A stretch of 42,681 bases of DNA, taken from NCBI GenBank assembly GCA_037442785.1, contig JBBIPQ010000003.1, forward strand, positions 1-42,681, written 5' to 3'. The notes under the pieces were generated by a model, which ran no database searches, was not told where the DNA came from, and saw nothing but the letters and a program-made list of their open reading frames with translations. Both the position numbers and the translations under genes were made by a program. This document shows positions 8,296 to 18,906 of this stretch, piece after piece. How positions within the stretch are numbered: position 1 is the stretch's first letter; every line of letters starts with the position of its first letter. Source of the DNA: Nitrospirota bacterium. Lineage in GTDB: Bacteria > Nitrospirota > Thermodesulfovibrionia > Thermodesulfovibrionales > UBA9159.

Positions 8296-10455
8296 ATCAT
8301 CGCCTCAAAATCAGGGGTTGGAACGGTAACGGATATATATCCCCTCCAGGGAGATCTCTCTATCTCTTCTCCGTTTTTAATGACCGTTATAAAGAAGTCT
8401 ATCTCTTCCCTTTCTTTTGCCATCAGGTCATTAAATGATATAGCACATTCCAGTATATCATTTATCGCATAATCAGTAATTTCCTTAACCTCTAACCAGC
8501 CCTTCTCATGACTGGCTTCCCCTCTTTTGTAAAGTACTGCCTTACCCTGTTTTAAGGGAATATAGATCCTGAACCCATGGGGTCTTATTGTCTCTATGGC
8601 AATGGCTGAGGATTCCGGGAATTCTGAAAAGGGGGTAGAAGGGTCTATTCTTATGAAAAGTGTATCCTGATTAAAGCCGTAATAGACCCTCGTTAAAAGA
8701 CTTTCGGAACTGTGCATGCTTCCACCTGTCCTTGCAACATCAATATATGCAGCCTGATACCACTCATAGTAACTCGTCATCATCCCGTCTATCTTAGGGA
8801 ATATAAAGCCCCTTATGCCTATTGAGGGTTCTGTTGCCCTGTCCTCCTTCAAGACTGGCACATAGAGGAAAGGGGGTATCTCGGTTTCTATATCCTTATA
8901 AACCCTCATTAGATTTAGCCTGAAGAGTTCGTCAAAGTCTTTTGCATTCTCTGTTGAATGCTCATCACCATACCACCAGTTCCAATCGCTCCCTTCTGCA
9001 ATGTAGATGTTTTTAAAGGCAGAAGAAACATCCCTTTCAGGATTAGCTCTCTTATATAGATCAAGGGACTGCCTTGTTTCAAGGAGGTAGTTCCATGCGG
9101 TATTATCCTCTTCATGCCCTATCCATATATTGAAGTTTCCATTTATCCACGAACCAGGGTGTATTTCATGAAGAGGTGAAACACTGGTTTTTATCTTTAG
9201 ATATTCTGATATGGTTACCACCCTGAGCCTGTCGCTTTTTGACAAGCCTTCATAGAGATAATTCAGGAAATCATGACCATCATTTCTGTAATATTCCCAG
9301 GCATTCTCTCCATCAAGGATGATCGGAACGATATGGGGATCTGAATCAGAAAGGGAGGAATGAATATGATTGAGTCGATTTATCAGGTCCTCCGCAGCAG
9401 TTTTTGGATCCCATTGGGAATAAACAAACCCGATGAGATCCGAGAGCTTATGGTCCCTGAATATGATAGAGACACCTTCATATTCATAGACCGAATATAG
9501 CGTCTCAGGATTAATGAGGCTGCCAGAATGTCCCCTCAGGGCAATCCTTAAAGACCTTGCAAGGATCTCCTCGTCTGTAGCGATCCATTTTATGCCCTCA
9601 GATCCCATCATCTTCACTACATCCTCACTGACAGATCCCTCGGATGGCCACATGCCTGCGGGTCTAAAGCCAAAGACCTTCTCAAAGAACTCAATACCGC
9701 TCCTGATCTGTGCCCTTGCATCCTCAATAAAGGAGAATCTTTTAGGCAGTCTTATCTCAGGGCTTGATATGCGGGCAATGTTTGTGTCACAAAGTAGGGG
9801 TAGTATGGGATGGTAAAAGGGTGTTGTGGATAGCTCGATCTGACCCTTTTCATAAAGTTCTCGGTATTCAGGGATGATCCTTTTCAGGATATCATAATGT
9901 TTCGATATAACTCCCTTTTTTTCTTCCTCTGTGAAGTCTCTCCCCTTATCAACAAGATGAGACAGGAAAGGGTCTTCCTTTCTCAGCACAGGGTCAATCC
10001 AGACAAGATTGAAGAGGACCTGGAGGTCACGGAAATCAGACTCAGAAAAATATCTTATCCTTCGTTTCAGTTCTGACCTCGATGCCCTTACCCCCCTCTT
10101 AATGAGTAGTTCATTATATCTGGGGATGGGCCTTATCATGGTCTCCCAGTTGGCGAAGAAGAAGTTTTCAAGGAGAGATACCTTCTCGTCTTCATTCAGT
10201 TCAGAGGCCTCTTTTAATGTCAGATCCACAAAGGTATCCCTTGCATCATTCTGTGCATAATCTATTATCTGCTCAAGAAGGGATGGCACAAGATTGAAGT
10301 TCTGCTTTATATCAGGGTAATCCCTCAGGATCCTTACCATATCAAGGTAATCCTTTGTACCGTGGAGTCTGACCCAGGGCAGTCTATACAGACCTGTAAA
10401 TGGGTCTTTGTAATAGGGCTGGTGCATATGCCATAAAAAGGTGACGTAAAGGGGC

Positions 10456-10466
<11 letters not shown>
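8286..10466 (-). CDS. Glycoside hydrolase family 57 protein (alpha-amylase/glucan-processing type with C-terminal extension)
   Basis: 726 aa. The N-terminus VTFLWHMHQPYYKD and the motifs ELSTTPFYHPILPLL, GMWPSEGSVS and DGENAWEYY are typical of GH57. Confidence 0.85.
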
Positions 10467-12055
<1,589 letters not shown>

Positions 12056-12089
12056 TTAATGGATTACCCACAACGATCAGCGGGATGTA

Positions 12090-13460
12090 TTATAGATACT
12101 GCCTTATGCTGTTTTCAATCTTCTCCATGTCCGGCTGGCTGTTGGAAAGTTCTGCCCTATTTGAGATCTGCCTTATACAGGTTTCCACAAAGATCCTGAA
12201 TCTATGAACCTCATCAAGGAGATTCTGGATATTCTTTTCCCTTAAATCCCTCCCTGCAGACAAGACCTTGTCAAAGAACGCCGAGAATCCTTCATAGTCT
12301 TCGTATCTTAAGAGCCTGAAGGTGAAACTCTGGAAATATAGCATATAGTTTATCATTGCATCAAAGACCCTTTGTCTCTCCTTCATTGATTTAGAACCCT
12401 CAAGGAGTTCCAGAAATCTATGAAGTATTATAACATCATCCCTGAGTCGCAACGACTGTTCAAGCTTCGTTATAAAGCTCTCAAATATGTCCTCACCCTT
12501 AATAGAGGGAGCAAAAAATTGAACTGTCTGAATAATACTCTGCTCTGTGAGGTTCTTCAGTATGCCATGGCTGTTTTCTATCTTGGCCTTAATATAGGAG
12601 GTCGATCTGTTCCTGAAGATCTCCCTTAATTCCTGTTCATAAACCCTTTTTGATTCCATTGCAAATTGATAACCAATTGCCCTGAATAACGTTAAAAGGC
12701 TTTCATCCTTAATGGAACCGCTAACCCTTTCCAGATAGTTCCTGAAAACCCCTATCTCTGATCTGAGGAGGATGAGTACCACTGATGCAGCACCGATAGA
12801 GCCAAACCTCTGGGAATTATCTACACTCCGCAGATATCTCAGCAGTCTGAAGAGATACAATAACATGAAGGATATATATTTTTTTATCTCCTTATCAGTT
12901 ATAGACTTGACAACCTTCGAGACCTCTCTATTGTCTATGACATCTATATCAGGGTTTATGTCCCTTTTGAAGGGGTTAAAGAAGACATTTTCACCAATAT
13001 CCTTACCTATAAGATGTCCAATGTTACTGAAGGTCATCAGGGGGATGTGTTCAGTCTTTATAAGATCAGACACCAATCCTTTAAGATTGATAAAGGAATC
13101 ATAAAGCAAGAGAATGCTTTTTTCAGGTGTATCCTGTTTATAGAGTTCATCCCTGAGGGCGTCTCTCTTTCTGTCTGATAATAGTTTTGTCTGGGCGAAT
13201 TTCTGGAACCAGTATGCGTTCCTCTTTCCTTCCGGGATAACCGTCTCAAGGAGACTCACGATCCTCAGTATGACCTCTCTAACTGCCACAAGCTCATGGT
13301 AAAAGTTTCTATTGGTAAGGTCTTCCTTTGATATGGGAAGGTTATCGATGTTAAAAAACCTGTCTATAGCCCTCAAGAAGGTATCGAGTTCTGAGAAGGT
13401 CTCAGGATTCTTTTTCCTTGACTGGGTGACCCAGTTCGATTCAGCTGTCAGTTGGGGCAT
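12090..13460 (-). CDS. Hypothetical protein, 456 aa, predicted all-alpha and soluble; no recognisable domain
   Basis: Long uninterrupted ORF. Its ATG lies 3 nt downstream of the lpdA stop. I recognise no motif and see no transmembrane segment. Confidence 0.6.
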   Translation of the reverse strand: MPQLTAESNWVTQSRKKNPETFSELDTFLRAIDRFFNIDNLPISKEDLTNRNFYHELVAVREVILRIVSLLETVIPEGKRNAYWFQKFAQTKLLSDRKRDALRDELYKQDTPEKSILLLYDSFINLKGLVSDLIKTEHIPLMTFSNIGHLIGKDIGENVFFNPFKRDINPDIDVIDNREVSKVVKSITDKEIKKYISFMLLYLFRLLRYLRSVDNSQRFGSIGAASVVLILLRSEIGVFRNYLERVSGSIKDESLLTLFRAIGYQFAMESKRVYEQELREIFRNRSTSYIKAKIENSHGILKNLTEQSIIQTVQFFAPSIKGEDIFESFITKLEQSLRLRDDVIILHRFLELLEGSKSMKERQRVFDAMINYMLYFQSFTFRLLRYEDYEGFSAFFDKVLSAGRDLREKNIQNLLDEVHRFRIFVETCIRQISNRAELSNSQPDMEKIENSIRQYL

Positions 13461-13463
13461 ACC

Positions 13464-14849
13464 TTATCTCTTGGGTACATGAATGGCCTCTCCGTGGACA
13501 TCCTCAGCAGCCTCCATTATACCTTCCGCAAGGGTTGGATGCGCATGGATTGTCTCAGCAATATCCTTTGCTTTAATACCTGTCCTCATTGCCAGGGCCA
13601 CCTCATGGATCAGGTCCGAGGCATGGGGTCCTATAATGTGGCATCCCAGGACCCTGTCATTGTCTGCATCTGCAATGATCTTTATAAAGCCTGAGATCTC
13701 TCCCATTGCGTGAGCCTTTCCAAGTGCCCTGAATTGAAAGTGACTAGTCCTGATATTGATACCCCTTTCAGTAGCTTGATACTCCCGAAGACCTACTGAG
13801 GCTATCTCAGGAGATGTGAATATGGCAGCTGGAACTACCGAATAATCCATTCTTGCATTTCCCCCACAGGCATTAATGGCAGCCACAATCCCTTCTCTTG
13901 AGGCAACATGGGCAAGAAGGATGCCTCCTGTTACATCTCCAGCAGCATAGATGCCGCTTATGTTTGTCTCCATCATTTCATTGACTATTATCTCGCCTCT
14001 TGATCCTTTGCGAACACCTATAGCTTCAAGCCCAATATTGTCGCTATTCAATGCCCTTCCAATTGACACAAGGACCTTCTCTGTTACTATCTCCTTACCA
14101 TCCGATAGATAGGAATGAATACCATCCGTTAATCCCTCTACCCTATTTACGCTAACGCCTGTGAAGAGTTTTATCTTCCTTTTCTTTAATTCCCGTTCGA
14201 GCAGTTCAGAGATCTCTGTATCCTCTGTTGATACTGCCCTTGGTAACATCTCAACCATAGTTATCTCTGTTCCAAACTCACTGAATATACAGGCAAATTC
14301 ACACCCTATGACACCGGCTCCAACTATCAGAAGGCTCTTGGGTATCTCCTTGATATTAAGGGCATCATCGCTTGACAGTATCCTTTCCCCATCAAAGGGA
14401 AAGATTGGTATCTGGGCTGGCCTTGAGCCTGTGGCTATTATAATCCTGTCTGCGCCCAGTACCTCTCTTGTGCCATCCCTCTTTTCAACCTCAACCTTTT
14501 CTGGACTGAGGAGCATACCCTTGCCCTCAATAAGATTTACTCCCCAGCTCTTGAAGAGAGACCTTATTCCCTTCACCTGAATAGATATGACCTTATTCTT
14601 TCGCTCTATAATCTTCTGAATGTTTGGAGAAACCGAGCCATTGAGTTCAAGACCATAATCTTCACAGTTCTTAACCTTATTGAGTGCCTCTGATGATGCT
14701 ATGAGGGTTTTTGTTGGGATGCAGCCCCTGTTAAGACAGGTTCCCCCAACCTCTGTATCCTCAATAACGATTACCTCAGCCCCAAGCTGGGCAGCCTTCA
14801 ATGCACCAACATAACCGGCTGGACCACCTCCTAAGATTATAATCCTCAT
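13464..14849 (-). CDS. lpdA: Dihydrolipoyl dehydrogenase (E3 / glycine cleavage L protein)
   Basis: FAD motif GGGPAGY, redox-active disulfide GGTCLNRGCIPTK, NAD motif GAGVIGCEF, and a C-terminal HAHPTLAE. Confidence 0.95.
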   Translation of the reverse strand: MRIIILGGGPAGYVGALKAAQLGAEVIVIEDTEVGGTCLNRGCIPTKTLIASSEALNKVKNCEDYGLELNGSVSPNIQKIIERKNKVISIQVKGIRSLFKSWGVNLIEGKGMLLSPEKVEVEKRDGTREVLGADRIIIATGSRPAQIPIFPFDGERILSSDDALNIKEIPKSLLIVGAGVIGCEFACIFSEFGTEITMVEMLPRAVSTEDTEISELLERELKKRKIKLFTGVSVNRVEGLTDGIHSYLSDGKEIVTEKVLVSIGRALNSDNIGLEAIGVRKGSRGEIIVNEMMETNISGIYAAGDVTGGILLAHVASREGIVAAINACGGNARMDYSVVPAAIFTSPEIASVGLREYQATERGINIRTSHFQFRALGKAHAMGEISGFIKIIADADNDRVLGCHIIGPHASDLIHEVALAMRTGIKAKDIAETIHAHPTLAEGIMEAAEDVHGEAIHVPKR

Positions 14850-15232
14850 GTCCCCTCTTCTTCGAGATAGTTCTCATATTCCGAGGCATCCATGAGATCA
14901 TCAAGCTCGGATTCATTGTCCATCTCAATGACTGCAATCCAGCCTTTTCCATAGGGGTCTTCATTGATAATCTCAGGGGATTCTGCAAGGTCTTCATTGA
15001 CCTCAATGACAGTACCACTGACAGGGGAAATAACAGATGATGTTGCCTTTGTTGATTCTATCTCTGCAAATTCACTGTTTGCCTCAATTGTTGCGTCTAC
15101 CTCGGGGAGATCGATATAAACTATATCACCGAGTGCCTCCTGCGCGTGATCTGTAATCCCTACAGTAGCCCTTTTACCTGACACCTTGACCCATGTGTGT
15201 TCCTTATGATACCTCAGATTCTCTGGATTCAT
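14846..15232 (-). CDS. gcvH: Glycine cleavage system H protein (lipoyl carrier)
   Basis: 128 aa with YHKEHTWVK, GITDHAQEALGDIVYIDLP and the lipoyl-lysine context EIESTKA. Overlaps lpdA by 4 nt. Confidence 0.93.
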   Translation of the reverse strand: MNPENLRYHKEHTWVKVSGKRATVGITDHAQEALGDIVYIDLPEVDATIEANSEFAEIESTKATSSVISPVSGTVIEVNEDLAESPEIINEDPYGKGWIAVIEMDNESELDDLMDASEYENYLEEEGT

Positions 15233-15327
15233 GCCATGGCCTCCTTTTTTTGATGATGTGAATTTCTATCATAGTTTTTCAGGGTTTGTCAAGAAAGAAT
15301 TTCAACTATCTGTGTTATTATTTAGTT

Positions 15328-16974
15328 ATGAAACCGAATATGATGGATTACAGGGTGGAATACAGTAGATTTCACCTTCAGGTCCCTCAAGAATTCTCTT
15401 TTCCCCTTGATGTGTTTGACAGATGGGATGGGAATGCCCTTTTCTGGACAGACGGAGAAAAAGAGAGGATTTATTCTTTCAGGGAATTAACTGTGCTTTC
15501 CTCTAAGGGCGCAGGTGCCCTGATGAAGGCTGGTATTAAAAGGGGGGATAAGGTAATAGTAATGTTACCGAATATCCCAGAATGGTGGGAGATCATGCTT
15601 GCCCTTATGAGGCTTAATGCTATACCTATTCCGGCTACCACCCTATTAACGGCAAAGGACATAGAATACAGGGTTTCTACTACAGATATAAAGGCAATAG
15701 TCATTACTGATGAAGATCTCTTAAGGATAGAAGAGACTATCAGGAAGCACGATGTAATGGTCATAACGATCGGTAAGGGAATGGGAGATATGGATTATAT
15801 AAGGGAGAGGGATAAGGCAGATGCCTTCTCAGGAGATAGGACTGGCTCGGATGAACCAGCTATTATCTATTTTACATCAGGGACGACAGGACCACCAAAG
15901 ATGGTATTACACACCCAGGCATCATATCCCCTTGCCCATATGATCACAGGCAGATACTGGCTTGACCTGAGACCCGGTGACCTTCACTGGAATGTGTCAG
16001 ACCCTGGATGGGCAAAGGCTGCATGGTCAAGCCTCTTTGGGCCATGGCATATGGGTGCAACTGTTTTCTCCTTTTACAGAAAGGGAAGATTTGATCCTTA
16101 TCTTACGATAGAGATCATGAAGAGATACAATATAACGACCTTCTGCGGACCTCCAACCGTTTACAGGATGATAGCTAAGGATATACTTTCAGGAGGGAAT
16201 GCCCTCATGACCGGGGCCTCCAAAAAATCAAAGATTTTTTGGGGTGACCTTCCGGTAAGGCACTTTGTTGCAGCTGGAGAACCCCTTAATAGGGAGATAA
16301 TAGAATTATGGAAGGAAAAGACAGGTCATTTCATATACGATGGATATGGACAGACCGAGACGGTTAATGTGCTTGCAAATTTTCGGTGTCTTCCGGTGAA
16401 ACCAGGCTCAATGGGCGTTGTTGTTCCTGGATTTATCGTTGATATCATCGATGAGGATGGTAAACCTTTGCCTGCTCGGACGGAGGGGGATATTGGCATA
16501 AAGGTCTATCCGGAAAGACCAGCGGGGCTATTCAAGGAGTATCTCGGAAATCCAGAGGCAACAGAGAAGACTATCAGGGGAGAATGGTATGTGACAGGGG
16601 ACAGGGCATACAGGGATGAGGATGGTTACTTCTGGTTTGTTGGAAGATCAGATGATATAATCCTCACCTCAGGCTACAGGATAGGCCCTTTTGAGATAGA
16701 GAGTGTCCTCATTGAACATCCCGCTGTGAAGGAGTCGGCTGTTACAGCCAGTCCTGATGAGATAAGAGGTGAGGTCGTTAAGGCCTTTATTGTCCTGATG
16801 GAGGGGTATTCTCCTTCAGAGGGACTTGTGAGGGACTTACAGGAATTTGTTAAGGCTCGTACAGCCCCATATAAATATCCGAGAAAGATAGAGTTTGTGG
16901 AGGAACTGCCAAAGACGATAAGTGGAAAGATAAAAAGGAAGGAGTTGAAACTAAAAGAGTTTCGAAGGGATTAA
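15328..16974 (+). CDS. AMP-forming acyl-CoA synthetase/ligase (medium-chain type)
   Basis: AMP-binding motif YFTSGTTGPPK, then YGQTE, GDRAYRDEDGYFWFVGRSDD and PKTISGKIKRKEL. I preferred the ATG at 15328 over the TTG at 15286. Contains an in-frame palindromic element (16213-16249). Confidence 0.9.
   Translation: MKPNMMDYRVEYSRFHLQVPQEFSFPLDVFDRWDGNALFWTDGEKERIYSFRELTVLSSKGAGALMKAGIKRGDKVIVMLPNIPEWWEIMLALMRLNAIPIPATTLLTAKDIEYRVSTTDIKAIVITDEDLLRIEETIRKHDVMVITIGKGMGDMDYIRERDKADAFSGDRTGSDEPAIIYFTSGTTGPPKMVLHTQASYPLAHMITGRYWLDLRPGDLHWNVSDPGWAKAAWSSLFGPWHMGATVFSFYRKGRFDPYLTIEIMKRYNITTFCGPPTVYRMIAKDILSGGNALMTGASKKSKIFWGDLPVRHFVAAGEPLNREIIELWKEKTGHFIYDGYGQTETVNVLANFRCLPVKPGSMGVVVPGFIVDIIDEDGKPLPARTEGDIGIKVYPERPAGLFKEYLGNPEATEKTIRGEWYVTGDRAYRDEDGYFWFVGRSDDIILTSGYRIGPFEIESVLIEHPAVKESAVTASPDEIRGEVVKAFIVLMEGYSPSEGLVRDLQEFVKARTAPYKYPRKIEFVEELPKTISGKIKRKELKLKEFRRD
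16213..16249 (+). repeat. Palindromic repeat element, copy 2 (in-frame inside the acyl-CoA synthetase CDS)
   Basis: GGGGCCTCCAAAAAATCAAAGATTTTTTGGGGTGACC. It has a perfect 10-bp stem CCAAAAAATC/GATTTTTTGG and is 30/37 identical to the copy at 110-146. It encodes ..TGASKKSKIFWGD... Confidence 0.85.
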
Positions 16975-17351
16975 ATTGATCTCTCCGATACCCTGTTAAT
17001 CACTGATAAGAGGTGCCTCGGACTGAAAGGCTTTTCGATCCATTCAGCAATATCTAATTCCTTTCCCTCAATGCCCACAACCCCTGGTGTTAGAGAAGAT
17101 AAAACGATTACAGGGATATCCTTGCAATCCTTCCTATTCTTCAGATTTTTTATAAAATCCAGACCGTTCATATCAGGCATGTCGATATCTGTTATAACTA
17201 TGTCAGGCTTATGGCCATTAAGCTTTCTTAAGGCGTCATTGCCACTCTCTGCCTCTAACACCTTGAAGCTCTTTCCCCTCAGTATGACAGAGAGAAGGTC
17301 TCGTACTGTTGCAGAATCATCAACGATTAATACTGTTTTTTTCTCCTCCAT
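16971..17351 (-). CDS. Single-domain response regulator (CheY-like receiver)
   Basis: 126 aa with VLIVDDS, the phospho-acceptor context DIVITDIDMPDMNG and PVIVLSS. No output domain. Confidence 0.88.
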   Translation of the reverse strand: MEEKKTVLIVDDSATVRDLLSVILRGKSFKVLEAESGNDALRKLNGHKPDIVITDIDMPDMNGLDFIKNLKNRKDCKDIPVIVLSSLTPGVVGIEGKELDIAEWIEKPFSPRHLLSVINRVSERSI

Positions 17352-17982
17352 TCTGTCCCCTTTCTTTCACAGGTATCAGGATCTTTACTATGGTGCCCCC
17401 ACTTTCTCTTGAACTGATCATCAATCTACCGCCATGAGTATTTAGGATCTGCCGGGCAATATATAACCCAAACCCCCTCCTCTTATTGCCCGGTGATCTT
17501 CTATTGGGGAGTATCTGCCTGTGTATCCCCACCCCCGTATCAGCAACCTCAATAAATACATTAAAATACATTATCTGAATCCTTACAGTGAGTTTGCCCC
17601 CTCCTGGCATTGCCTCAATCGCATTGTTAATGATGTTTCTCAATACTTGCTCCATCTGAAAGGCATCTATCTTCACCTTCGGTATCTCATTATATTCAAA
17701 GGATGTCTCTATGTTTTTCAGGATTGTCTGTAAGGTATGGGCCACCTCGATCTTTCTTAAAAGTCTGTTTATGTCTACATATTTCCTGACAGTATTAAAC
17801 GATGAGTCTAAGAGTCTGTAGATGAGTTTCTCAAGGCTTTTTATCTCGTCCTCTATGATGCCTGTAAAATCTAGGAGATTATTATCGTTTGAATATTCCT
17901 CTCTTATGAATGTTATTGCTCCCCGGATTGTATTCAGGGGATTCTTTAAGCTATGAACAAGGCCTGTAATCTCTGATCTCAT
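17320..17982 (-). CDS. Sensor-less cytoplasmic histidine kinase (HisKA + HATPase_c only)
   Basis: H-box GLVHSLKNPLNTIRG, N-box NIINNAIEAM, G1 DTGVGI and G2 GFGLYIARQIL. AGGAG lies 5 nt upstream of the ATG, and a stop codon sits immediately upstream in frame. Confidence 0.85.
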   Translation of the reverse strand: MRSEITGLVHSLKNPLNTIRGAITFIREEYSNDNNLLDFTGIIEDEIKSLEKLIYRLLDSSFNTVRKYVDINRLLRKIEVAHTLQTILKNIETSFEYNEIPKVKIDAFQMEQVLRNIINNAIEAMPGGGKLTVRIQIMYFNVFIEVADTGVGIHRQILPNRRSPGNKRRGFGLYIARQILNTHGGRLMISSRESGGTIVKILIPVKERGQNGGEKNSINR

Positions 17983-18166
17983 TTAATCTCCTGCTAGCGA
18001 TAAGAAGGATCCTGTACTGTTCAAACGCATCAAGACCAGCGATTGATGACCAGGTAGAAAATCCGTCACCTGTGAAAAAATTAATACTTTCTTTAAAATA
18101 TCTCTCATTCCACATATCTTCTAAGGCTTGCAATATTACTGCCTCTGCCAGATTAAAAAATGCCAT
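17951..18166 (-). CDS. Small hypothetical protein (71 aa); coding status uncertain
   Basis: The only ORF filling the gap between the NarL-type regulator and the short kinase. It overlaps the kinase start by 32 nt, has a weak RBS and no recognised domain. Confidence 0.3.
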   Translation of the reverse strand: MAFFNLAEAVILQALEDMWNERYFKESINFFTGDGFSTWSSIAGLDAFEQYRILLIASRRLNEIRDYRPCS

Positions 18167-18276
18167 TCTATGCCCTATAGATTTATCTCGATTTTAATTA
18201 AAATGGATTAGAAAATCTATCAGAGAATTTCTGATTTTTTTGAAAGAAAATTAAATATAAACCTGTAAGAAAATTC

Positions 18277-18906
18277 TTACACGAGTTTATTCTTTATGGC
18301 ATAGTGTATCAATTCTGCGTTGCTCTTCATCTTCATCTTATCGAGTATCCTAGACCTGTATGTGCTTACTGTTTTTACACTTAGGGACATTGCTTCTGCT
18401 ATCTCTGTAAGGCCTTTACCTGATGCTATGAGGCAGAATACCTGATACTCTCTATCAGAGAGTCGCTCGTGTGGCAACTTCTCTGTTTTTTCATCAATGG
18501 CAAAGGCAAGCCTCTCAGCGAGAGAGTTGCTGAGGTATTTGCCACCCCTGAGTATCTTTCTTATGGCATTCATCAACTCATCAGGTACGCTCTCCTTTGT
18601 CAGGTATCCGGATGCGCCTGCCTTCAATGCCCTGAGCGCATACTGTTCCTCAGGATGCATGGTGAGTATAAGGACTGGCAGTTTCGGGTTTTCTGCCTTT
18701 ATCTGCTTAAGGGTATCGAGACCATTCAACCCAGGCATGGATATATCAAGGAGGATGAGGTCATAGTCCCTTTCCCTTATCTTTTCCAGAACCTCATGAC
18801 CATTTGATGCCTCATCAGCATCAAATCCCTCATCCATCTCAAGGAGTATCCTCCTGAGTCCCTTCCGCAATATGGCGTGGTCATCTGCTATAAGTATTCT
18901 CGTCAC
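18277..18906 (-). CDS. NarL/FixJ (LuxR-type HTH) family response regulator
   Basis: Receiver domain (ILIADDH, DLILLDISMPGLNG) plus a C-terminal LuxR HTH (LSDREYQVFCLIASGKGLTEIAEAMSLSVKTVSTYRSRI). Confidence 0.93.
   Translation of the reverse strand: MTRILIADDHAILRKGLRRILLEMDEGFDADEASNGHEVLEKIRERDYDLILLDISMPGLNGLDTLKQIKAENPKLPVLILTMHPEEQYALRALKAGASGYLTKESVPDELMNAIRKILRGGKYLSNSLAERLAFAIDEKTEKLPHERLSDREYQVFCLIASGKGLTEIAEAMSLSVKTVSTYRSRILDKMKMKSNAELIHYAIKNKLV

Noticed and set aside
8190-8438. 82-aa plus-strand ORF crossing the octamer array
   Set aside because: It is antisense to the L,D-transpeptidase 5' end and the GH57 3' end, its low-complexity translation is generated by the repeats, and it has no RBS.
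13483-14580. Plus-strand ORFs (76 aa and 139 aa) inside lpdA. Similar long antisense ORFs lie inside ACD (21042-21446), proB (29815-30405), the LRV-like gene (31426-31833), speE (33248-33834), dnaK (37043-37761) and cusA (40700-41668)
   Set aside because: All are antisense or off-frame shadows of genes with strong homology-based support. Their translations are low-complexity (Ser/Pro/Leu-rich) and lack start-site signals.
18167-18276. 110-nt AT-rich spacer between the NarL-type regulator and the small ORF as a possible sRNA. It contains the small hairpin ATCAGAgaattTCTGAT
   Set aside because: Only a 6-bp stem with a partly interrupted T-tract. No promoter-terminator pair is discernible, so it is more likely an ordinary spacer or internal promoter region.
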